Source: Phoronis australis (lineage: Eukaryota; Animalia; Phoronida). Taken from it: 64,000 nt of DNA. The stretch is taken from contig NMRA01000056.1 in assembly GCA_002633005.1 (NCBI GenBank), positions 878,027 to 942,026 on the forward strand, given 5' to 3'. Below are positions 50,301 through 62,300 of this stretch, piece by piece (position 1 is the stretch's first letter; every line of letters begins with the position of its first letter). The notes under the pieces were generated by a model. It had not been told where the DNA came from. It ran no database searches and saw only the letters and a program-made list of their open reading frames with translations. The position numbers were made by a program, and so were the translations under genes.

Positions 50301-53300
50301 ACTAAAACTAGTTCCTCTAGCAGTTTAGGTGCCTGCAGTTTTACTTATTTAAGTTACGTGTGCCCCTGTTTCACAAAAATACTATTAAAAACATTGGCAC
50401 TAACTGTGTAAAATCCCAGTCAAGGTTTTTGAGCATTTTTATGAGAATTTTTAAATTTAAAAATACAGAAAACTTGATGAATTCTGGTGTAAGGAGTTCC
50501 TCCATATCAATGTACATATCAAAAACAACACTTCTGCTTAAAACGTGACCAAAAGAATGTCACAGTGTCGTGAGTGACATAAATAGATTCGTCTTGATTC
50601 CAAGTTTCGGAAATTTTCTACTTTTATGAATTCACAATCGCTAGTTACTAAGATATTTCAAGAAAAAGACACCGTATTAATCAGAGGTTCACGTTACATA
50701 CATGAGGATATCTCGGTGTTCCATCAAGGAGACTTAACTTTTGATTTAGACCACATGCTGCAAAAATTATCTCAACTTGTTTTTAATCTGATGAGAAGTG
50801 ATTTCTGGGTTTGGACAACTGACAATTCAATATTAGTTGCGACCATAATCTGCACACGAAATGCCTCAGCCAATTTGTAGAGCAGACAGTTCTTTCGGTA
50901 CAAACACAGACAGAAATCCAAAAATCACCTCTGATTTTATCCGGTTTCATAGTGATTAGTTGTCTCATCAAAAGCTACAGTTTTAGTGACGAAAGGCGGT
51001 TTTTAGCCGCCTTGATTAGCACACACGAGCGAATAAGGTAACTTTTCCTCTATTCGAACCAAAACTAAAGGACAAATTACCATTTTCTTGCTTTTCAATA
51101 CTCACTGTGTTGCCAAAATACTCAAAATTTCCCCGTGTGTTTGTTGGTGACAGCCTCTTGTATGAAGTAAAATTGTCTTCTTGCATGCTCTTGTTTAAAA
51201 GTTGATAAAATTGCTTATTGTTCTGCCATGCTTTGTTCTAATTTGTAATAGACTATTCAAATCAGTAAAAACAGAATGTAAGCTTAAAGTCTGCCCTGAA
51301 GACCTCATTTCTGTTTATGACCGTGAGATATGACCAGTATCACCGAACGCGAAACAGGGTGGTGATATCAACCACAGGCCCATAATTTACCCAAGGTTGT
51401 TCGCTCTTAAACATAAATACCTTGTTGTTGGCTCAGATAATGCTTACGTAATGTACTGTACTGGCCGGTAATAATCCTCCGGCAGCATTGTAGGCCCATG
51501 GTAGCTCCAACAGTCCGATACCGAGGCAACAGTTAACAGCCAAGAACGTCGCCGAATACCACGAAATACCAGTTCTTTCTCGAAGATTTTCGTTGGCCTC
51601 TTCGTACAGATTAAATTCGTCAGTGTACGGTTTTCCACCACCTAAACAAGATAAAATTTTTGGACATGATTGATTTTATTGCTGCATCTAACCCAGTGTT
51701 CATCGAAGCTGGCTCATTGTACTCCAGACATCAAAAATCAACACACATTAAGTGATGTCTCTTGGTAATGATATTTCAGACTTTAATGAGCAATTGAGAA
51801 CGTCGATGAAGAGGACACAGACAGTTTGCAGAGCGAGAGCACTGTGGGTAGACTGGTAGCGGGCCCTTTTCATTGTATTTTCAACATTGTTTCACGTTTC
51901 ATAGAATTTAGAGCATTAGATAAGTGTTTTGACTCAGAACTAACTAAACAGGCTTACTCCTGGTGCACATTTTGGTCAGGGATGACTATTTGAATGTTTC
52001 TGTGCCTCGGATATCCAGCGAATACAAATATTACAGACATACCAACAAATTTTCAAGGTGGATTCCAATATGACGGCAACGGGACTACGCGGGACAAAAT
52101 TTTGTCTTAAAAACAATAAAAATTGTAAAGCACATGCCATCAGTATCTCAAAAATTTTAGAAATATACTTTTTGGTTCATGATGCCCTCTAACGGTTACC
52201 GAGCACCGTTTCAAAATAGTGAGAGCCACTGAGTCGACTTTGTTCGACAACGTCGCTGATAACCACCAGACATAAATTAACGACCACAAATCACATGGAA
52301 GAAGTGCTATAAAAATCGTCTTTTGAGTTCACTGGATTGATTTTTGCAACTTTCAGAACATTGCCAATTTTCATGAAATTCACCAACCAAAAGTGATGTT
52401 GCTTGCATTAACGAGTGACTATGTTGGACTTCTTATTGATAATGCCTTTAGTTGAACCAAGGCATTGTGGATAATGTAAACTTGATCAGTGCATCACCAA
52501 TTCCGGTTTTCCGACGAACTACTATTTTTATAAATTTCTTTCTTATAGGAACGATTGAAAGGGTTCAAGTCAAATGGACCAAAAGCCCTTCAGAAAGATA
52601 TCAATTCCCTTTGCCAAACGACTGATGTTAAAACGTCAAAACGTTCTAACACAGTGTTTGGGCCGTAATTTTCACAAGGCTCGGACCCCTATCGATGACA
52701 TTGAGTTTGTTGTTTTGGTCACAGAAATTACTTTTGATCAGTTGTTCTGCGTTGGCGTCGTAATCTAGGTCGTAATAAAATCTGAATGCGTTGCGTATTA
52801 TTCTCGCGCCAAGACCAAATAAGGGTGGAACAGTTTCAAAGCAACAGATGAATCGAGTTAAAAGGAGAAACCTGGTTTTGGCCTATATTAAAACAGATAT
52901 TGAAAACGACTTGCACCGGCAACCAGCTCTGAAACAAAATAATTCTCTATGACCCCGACAACCCTGAAGAAATGGAGCAGCGTATGACTCCTTTCAACTT
53001 CTGATTAGTCGAATATTGTGGATTTTAAAACCCACCCAGTGAACGTAGACGCCATGGTTTCTTTGATCTCAGTCACCCACGTCTCAACTTTACACATTTT
53101 TCTATTGTAGAAGTGGAGACATCATCATGCTGAGCGTGGACTTCCTATCGGAGTTTGGTTGGCTCGTATTACAAATCAACCTTGCCTGGCTTCACTGAAA
53201 CGTTGTTTTTACCTACTTTTGTGTTACGGTTGAGTGAATTTGTCTTAATGGTAAACAAATATTCGCAGTGTGTTTTGAACCATCAAGTTAGCCCAAGAAA

Positions 53301-56300
53301 ATGTAAAGTTTCAACGTGTGCTAGCTTTAAATCCGACTTACAAAACACTCGCCAAAAACACATAGCTCATAAACAATAACATGAATCTGCTACCAATGAT
53401 ATGGTCGAAGCGTATCATTTGAGGACAACATTGCGTATCTTATCTGGTGGTAAATCATGTTTCGCACACACTTTGAGTTTAAATTTTAATGTGGCATAAA
53501 TGGACGACCGTGACCTACGCTTGGGGTGAGTGAGACACACGACAAGGGTAAAGACTAGCCACCAAAAACCATATTATCCAAACCACCAGATAGGATACAC
53601 AAGGTTGTCCTCATATGACTCGCCTCGGCCATATCAGTTACATTGGTAGCAGATTCATGTTATTGTTTGTGAGCTATGTGGTTTTGGAGAGTGGTGGGGG
53701 CCGACTTTAAAGCTACAGAGAGTACGAGTTGAATCCTGCTTTCATGACTCGAGTGGGACGTCAATGGACGGACAGAACGAAGTTTGTTTGAAACCACCAA
53801 AACGGGGTTCAGTATTCTGTCAGGTAATCACAGTGCGTCAAAGAAAATTTATATGCTCCAATGACTGAGTGTGCACTTCTGAAATTATCTAATATGTATA
53901 GGCAATGAGATAGCTCACTGGTATACGCAAAAACAATGTCTGTCATGGCACCACTGCAGAGATACCAGGGACTGTTTCATGACGAGAAGAACTCCAGACA
54001 GAAGTTTGGTCTTACTCTCCTACTTCACAATTGCTGAATGAAGGTTCTGCCAAGTAATTAGGAGCGCATCACAATTTAAAAATAGTTTTGGGTAAGGATC
54101 TCATTAATTTGCAGTGGTGTGTGCATTCTGAGAAACTGCAATTTTGCTCAAGTGAGATTTGATTATTTTTCAGAAGTAGTTATGTAGAGCGAAGACCAAT
54201 AAAGTCAACATTCCTATGTATACATGCATGAAAACAACAAAAATCACGATGTTCTGTTATCGCCCCTCGGGCTTTGTGAGCACGCGGATCTTCACTTCCA
54301 ACTAGCCTAGTGAAAAACTGAAGATAAATTTGTTGTAGCTCTTGACGATAATTCATTATGACGACTATAGCAAGCATGTCAATTCCGTGACGAGAAACGA
54401 ATGACACTCTTTCTAGTTTGTGATGAGAACTAGTTTCAGAGCTATAAGTCCGTCAAAGGACGATGAATCTATGGCATCGAAAGGAGCAGCCATCGGAAAA
54501 CCTCCAATTACTCGAAAGCGGTAAGTCGTTGCCAGAAAAGGGCACATTCCAGGTAGCACGTGAAGAGATTATGTACGCACTAACTTTCCAAAGAGGACTG
54601 CGTTCTGTTGAGCGAGAACCCGGCAGAATGAACTAGACAAAGGAAAAGAAGACGGGCACAAAAGTAACCATATTCCATAATCAACTTATGAACTGGTATT
54701 GACTTTTTAAAATAACTTTGCAATCACGATAAGAACTCTGGAATTGCTAACTGGCTCACTGCAGAGATGAGTAAACGAGAGCATTGCACTGCACTAAACC
54801 TATAATGACGCACTGATGAGGCATCAAACTGATCGCATTCTAAAGACACGAAATTAACATTTCGGGTAGTTACTTATTTGGTTTATAAACTAACAAGAAT
54901 GCTACAGGTAATATACCTCCGATATTAGACATCATTTAGTCTATGTTCCTACCATCAACGACGGCTTGCCGTGAGTAAAACAAAATTACTCTGCGCTGTG
55001 ACGTCTTGCAACCTCGCGTGGAACACCCGCATTGACAGTGATTGAGGAAAACCGATGGTGAAATTATATGTGGGGTCTTTTATGGGTGACGTTCGTCAAG
55101 ATCACCGTAAAACTTCTCACGGAAGCCATGGTGTTTATTAGATTCAGACGTGCTCCAGCCCCTGCCTCTATTAGAGAATGGCCTTTATTAAAAACCCGGC
55201 GTTTATTAGGACGAAACTACGATGGCAAACAGAAAAAATCGCCTTCGCCAATCGTCCCCTAACAATGTAGTTTCACGTTATGAAAGGTTACGAAAGATCC
55301 GGCTAGTATTGGAGACCTGGTTTCTACGGTTTTTTGGAAACCCAACTTATTGGTGGAGACTACGTGTTTATCAAGTCCACCGGTACCCAAGCTTCTATTA
55401 GAGGAAGGTTCCTATTAGAAACCATGGTCTTGTTACGAGTTCTATATTGTCTACGATTCTACTATACTGAATTCTCAATTACGAGTGCCAGATTGGCATT
55501 ACTTTAGTGTACCTGTCAAAGAACGCGGAATCCGCTCAAAAGTGTGGCGTGAACATTATATATAACAACTCGTCGCAGACACCGCGCAGCTACAGCCATT
55601 ACATTGTTTTCCTATATACATAATGTGACTTCAATACGGTATGTATGACACTAGACAAGTGTCGAAATTTGTCTAACTTCGGAATTTCATGTCTCAGAAA
55701 TGACTGACCCGATTCGTGTGAAACTTTCACATGCTATGCTTTATGCAATGTTCTTCAAAAGGCTCCCAGGAAATGTTGATGAAATGTTACATTTTTGCAT
55801 GAAGGGCTAACAAAAATGGGGCTTTCATGGCTGGATACTGGGAATAGTCTGCCTGCCCTCTGATATCTTCTCGGCTACAGTCTCAGAGCAACTTTCGATA
55901 ATCTATCAAACTGCATGTTTTCAGCAAGACATTTTTGGATTTTGAAAATCATGTTTCAGTATTTTACGGAAAGAAGTGACATTTGGTTTCTGAGTGTTTG
56001 TTCTGCAATTACTCTAGCGCGTGAAAAGTTTAGTCGCTAATAACCAAGCTCGTTCGATACAATGTTAATCCATTTCCGGGTCACATCCTGCCTCCCGTTC
56101 AGTAACGCTAGGACCTCGCTAAAAAGCAAGACTTCGCGAGATTACGCGAGATATTGCCGTGCATTTGAAAGGAGAGCACGTGACTTTGACTAGATTTTAG
56201 CTAGGTCCTAGCGTAGGTCCTAGCGTCTACTGAACGCACGCCTGCATTACTTCTTATAGTATGTTATGCTGTACGGAAACTGACGACTTCTACCGAATGA

Positions 56301-59300
56301 TCGTGCTAATAACAGGTGTGTTTTGGTAACTTAGGAAAACTACTAGCTAAGAGCGTGTGTATGCATACGAGGGTCGTTCAATAAGTTCTAGGCCTCACCA
56401 AGAAAACAGGGACGCAGGTTAGTTTTTTTCATACCAAGCCCGAGAAAATTCAAGGTGGGTGCTTAGTCTGCGAGCAAAGTTATGACCTCTGTGTTCTGGG
56501 ACAGCGAAGGTATTCTGATGATCGACTACTTTCAACGAGGACACACTGTTACTGGGAATTACTATGCATCACTTTTGGAAAAACTCAAAGAAGCAAACAA
56601 GGAAAAGAGACACGGAAAGTTTCGGGATGGAGTGCTGTTTCTTCAAGACAACGCACCTGCGCATACTTCCCAAGTTGCGGTGGCTGAAGCAACTAGATGT
56701 GGCTTTGAAATCCTTCCGCACCCCGCCTATTCTCCAGACCTGGCCCCGTCTGATTTTTATTTGTTTCCACATTTGAAGGTATACCTGCGTAGACGCCAGT
56801 ATGTGAGCGATGATGACGTCATGAGTGCTATGGAGGAGTATTTTGAGGGGCTCGACAAAAGTTTCTTTTACGAAGGCATTGCAAAACTGGAGCACAGATG
56901 GAAGAAATGCATTGATGTAACGGGAGATTATATTGAAAAATAAAAGTCAAAATTAGTTTCTATCCCGTTGTTTTCTGGGTGAGGCCGAGAACTTATTGAA
57001 CGACCCTCGTATATGCACGTTTTATAACTGTTTTCTATTGCTTGTATAATAATGCACTTGTGCATTGTTCACCTGTTGCCCTGATTTGTGCATAGTTTAC
57101 CTGTTGCCCCGAAATAATGTTCATTCGTTCGACTAAAAATAAAAAAGGACGTTCCTGGGTTTTGTGGCACACGCAATCATTTCCCATTTGACAAAAAACA
57201 CCATCGGGCGTTTTTGGGTGTAACAGCTCCCATTCGGCAAAAAACGCTGTCTTGAGGTTCTTGTACGTTGCATTGTGGCACAGACCCACGTGTCCCGCTT
57301 TTTACCTGGATGTCCTGCTTTTGCAATCCAGTTGTCCCGTTTTTTCATTCTCCAACATTGACAATTATGCAACAAGTGTACAAAAGAGCATTTTCTCTTT
57401 CTTATGAATATTGTCATTCTCCAGGGTCCACTTTTTAATACTTAAAACAAAAAAATGTGTCCCAATTTCTCCTGTTTACGGTACACAGACTACATTTATC
57501 AGTATCACTAATTTTCACATTCTAAAGAAATAAGTTCATTTCTATCTCTGAGACTCGTGGCTTCAGTGTTCGTGGTTGGCACACCTTCTAATGGTGCGTG
57601 GTCGGCACACAGCAACCAATGTAATGAGCTATTCACAGTATGTTTGGAAAACCACGCAATAGACGTTTTCCCATTTTTATCTATCAGAGAAAATCTGCAA
57701 ATTTTTGATAGGTGGTTGGAGTAATAAGTTTGCAAATGACGCTGCTTCTTGATTTTTTGCTGAATATTTTATCAAACGGCACGAAAAGGTTCAATTAATA
57801 TATAAAGATGTATAATTTTGGATGAATGCCCGACTAAATTCCTCACAGCGGGTGGAGGTAGGGAGGGATGTTTTTTCCCTCCCGTGTAATATTTTTTTTC
57901 AATTCTTGTACCTGATTTCGTTTTTCATAGCAACGTCTTTTTAATTATTATTTTTGATCCTGTCCCAGGGGGGAGTTAAACCCTCTGACCCCCCCCCCCT
58001 CCCCACCCCCGTAGATTCGCCATGCCTAGCCATGTTAATATATAGCAAGGACTAAACAACAAATGTCATTTGAACACCAGTGCAGTTGAATTCATTCAAT
58101 ACTTGTAAATGTGAAAACAAAAAAATCTGCAAATTAATAGTTGACGGTTGCACTTATGACATACCTTAGTTTGGGGCTCACTAGCCCGGTCATGCAGTGT
58201 TATTCCCCAACACCACGTCACGATACTTACTGGACAAGGTTGAGTCATTTACAGCGGAACATTTTTGACACAAAACTCGTTCTTAAAAACATTTGGCAAT
58301 TTTCAGAGTACTCTTTTTCTGACATCGTCGCTATATATTGTGTTTCTAACTAATTTGACCAAGCAATCAGAGTTACAAGGAATTAGCTTGGAAGTTCCAG
58401 TATTTAAAAAATTTCGCAGTTTCGAAGTCATTATGTAATATTAGGGGGAAAAACATATGCCTACTGTCCGTTTCCAAGAGCTGGGATGTAACTTTGTACT
58501 CGAAAACAAACTCGAAATCATTTTCGTCAGTTTCCGTTCTACTTTTTTGAGAACTCAAGACACTTGTCTGTTATTCTGTTATAAAGTACTTTATGGTTTC
58601 TGCATGTCATTTTCTAGTGGGCCAAGTTTCCACTTGATGACCCTTAGGGTCCAAAAAGGTGAAGATGTGTTCTAATTTCTCTTGTTTACGGTACATAGAC
58701 TACATTTATCAGTATTGCTAACTCTTACTTTCAACAGAAATAAGTTTATTTCTGTGTAAAGTCCTGCTCTGCATCCAATGTGATGAGCTATTCACAGTAT
58801 GTTTCTAAGCAACACAATAAATAGACTTTTGCCCATTTTTAACTATCAGAAAACCCTTATCTGCAAATTTCAGATAAGTAGTTGGAGCGCTTAGTTTATC
58901 ACATTTTTGCAAATGCCACTGCATCCTGAATTTTTGCTGAAAATGTTATTTTATCGCAAGGCACCAAAAGGTTCCATTAATATACAAAGATGAACAATTT
59001 TGGATGAATGCCTGACTAAATTCCTCAAAGCAACTTTAAGAAATCAATATTGTGCAGGTTTATTTGGTAATTTAAAAACGTATGTGGTTCAGTTGTATTC
59101 TATGCTAATATAACATCCTATATTAATTGACATTACAAGATATTTTTTACTAATAACTTAATTAATAAGCCAATTAATTCATAACTACACTAGGCGCGAT
59201 TATTCTTTAACCAGTCAGGCATGCAAAATAATAATTATATTTGAAGAAAATTATTTATTGTTTTCTTCTCTTATAATAGTGCCAGTTCTTGGCTAGATGG

Positions 59301-62300
59301 TCTATAGAAAGTTAAACAACACAACAAGACCCTGTGCTTCGTATTACGACGTTTCGATATTCCTCAGTATCATTATCAGGTATAATGCAGTTAGTACACA
59401 GACGCAATAACAGATGTATAAAGGCGAGACAAATCCATAATCTATTACGTAACATCAAGCTCAAAGTGCATTCTAAAGCACTGAACATCGAACCTCTACC
59501 ACTCGCTGGTTCCCTACGTGCCCAGCCAGCACGCAGGTATCACCCCGTTGCACGCGCTTTGGCATTGGTTGGTGTAACCTCGGCAGTCAGTGGTTAGCTT
59601 CACAACAACGAGAAAAAATGGCGAACCATGAACAATTTTTAGCCTTAATTGTCATGCAAGTGGCGTAGCAGCAACAGTTCCAAATAGGGACTCAACTAAG
59701 TACCCTAAATCTTTTGCCTACTTGCGTCTTTGTTTACTCAAAGATGTAATCTTTTTCTATCATTTCATCTTTAGTATGATCTCCTCTTTGACTAATAAAG
59801 ACATTTTCTAATAATATAACTAAAAAGTGAGCCCTGAATTAATTGAAAATAATTCGGGACTTAGTCCTTAATTTAGGAGCGTTGCATGAAAAGATCCCTA
59901 TAAATTTTCGATAATATTGAGAATTCAGCGTCGAATTCACTTTCGTTTTGTATCAAACCCAAAAATTGACTTAGTAACGAAATGAAGACAGCATAAGAAA
60001 GGACAATCAGTGTTTTCACAAGTTCACAAATACGCAGTAGATTTAGGGAACTTAGTTGAGTCCCTATTTGGGAATGTTTCATGCAACCGGCCACAGATTT
60101 CCTGAACATGAATTTTAAGCACCGATTTGTCTGTACAACATACCACGTTTACACTTGCTCCAACAGTCATGTCATTTTGTTTGCGTAAAGCGCTACCTGT
60201 TGAGAATTTGACCAGCAATCAGAAACGCCGGAGTAAAAATTTTTTCCGAGTAAAATTAAGAGATAGGCCTACCTGCGTGCTGGCTACCGAACACCTACCT
60301 GCACGCAGGGAACCAGCGAGATCTCTACCACAGCCAATGGGCTATATTATACAAAATCTCATTGACCACAGCTCCCTCCTTTGACCCAGCGCCACCTATA
60401 CTTCCGTAGCACTGTGAAAGAGTGTACCACAGTTATAGCTTGAATGCTCCATTGTCTCGATCTCTCTGCATGATATTGCTTTATGACTAGAAGTGCCTCA
60501 CGGATCAACAACCTAGTACAGTTAGTGTATTGGTCGAGGATTTTCACACTTGATTAGGCTATTTCATAGTCAGTGACACGTAAAGTGCGTCAGCAGAGCG
60601 CTCTCTGCAAATTTCGAATAGGTAGTTCGAGTAAATAGTTTATCACATTCTTTTAAATGTCATTAATTGCATCCTGATTTTTTACTAAGGAATGTGATTG
60701 TACCAAAAGACTTAAAGGTCCCATTAATAAAAAAGACTGTACTTCGGGAGCAAGTTTTCGGTTATACAGAATTTGTTAAATGCACGACACTTTTCATTGT
60801 TCACAGTCTTTATTCCGTTGCGTTCACACTTTCGAAACAAAACTCTACTCTCAACTGAACATAGATACAGTAACTGACCTAGCGACATAATTAAAAGACA
60901 CACGATATTTCGAAACATACTTGTGTCTTTTAATTATGTCCCGGCGAGCGCCCATAAATAATTTTAGTTTACTCAAGGAAGAGTGTCGTTAATAACACTA
61001 ATTCGGTGAAGATTTTATATGTGCAGTGTTTTACCGACATCGGCGCCAAGCTGTATATTTAGTATACTGCTTTGCCGCACAAAGGCTAGTTATGATGCTT
61101 CACCCGATAACCAGAACGCCCTTATTTTTCTTGACTAAAACGTGGAGAAAACGATTTTCATTTTGTTCTTAAACTTACGCAGTGGATAAAGTTATAAGTA
61201 TTTAGCTCAAAAGCGTGCAACGTGGTTGGTTTGTGGCCAACTCGAAAGCGCCGCGTGTTACAAAGCGAAGTGTCCTGTAGCGCACAAAAGATTACGTTGG
61301 AGTAATCGGCACGAGACCTGTATATGCATACGTATATAGCTCCATTGTATGATCTGTGAAGGCCTACCGGTAATAAATCTTAACTTGTTTGTCACTGCGG
61401 TTTCAATCCCCGGCAGTTATGTTCAGTCCCCGGCGGTCCCGTTTTCTGGTGAGGCGGTCATGTTTTTAGGTGCGTCAGTCCCATTTTATGGTGCGACGGT
61501 TCCATTTGATCTCCGGAGATCCTGTTTTGGGTGAGTCGGTCCGATTTAAGAGGACCGGCGGTCATGTTGTTTCTCACCCGTAAAGATGTTCGGACGCAAA
61601 TTGCTCTACCTCACAAACGGGTGGCAAAATTTGTCACCACGGTGTCAATTTGCTCCCTGTCAATCCCGTTTACACACTGGAACAACTCGTTCCGTGTCAG
61701 CTAATCCGTGTAAACGGCACTTTAAACTGTTGGTTACATTAGTCAGTCATATAATTTCTACCTCTCTGATTCATTTCATTTTATGCTGCTATCACACCTT
61801 GAATTAATTGACAGTGCAAGTTAATTAGCTGTAATTAGTTCGTTAGTTCTTGAAGGGTTTCATTGTTACACTCTTCGTTAATGTTTTTTGTAATACTTGA
61901 AAAGTCGTGAGTAAAACAAAGATTGTGCCCAGTTGGCTGTCGAACTAAACAGGATCCTGTAAACCACAAATAACAACAGGATATAATATTATGTAACTAC
62001 ATTATGCAAACACATTTCAACATAGTTATCAATACTCATGCTGTCATAAGTGAAACTAACTTAGGCCTACTCCGAGACTGAAGATTTACAAGGTGACACC
62101 AATATTCGGCTCAGTGTTCAAAATGTGTTCGTGTTATTATTTGTCGTAGGTACATGATTTTGGTATTGTTGCGCCTACTGTACCATGGTGTTTAGAATTA
62201 AAAAAGTTAAACCTGTCAGACATGAAAAATAATTATAAATTGACTATCCTTTAGGCCTCTAGTCCGTCATAATTATACACCATCAAAAGCTCGTGAAAGG

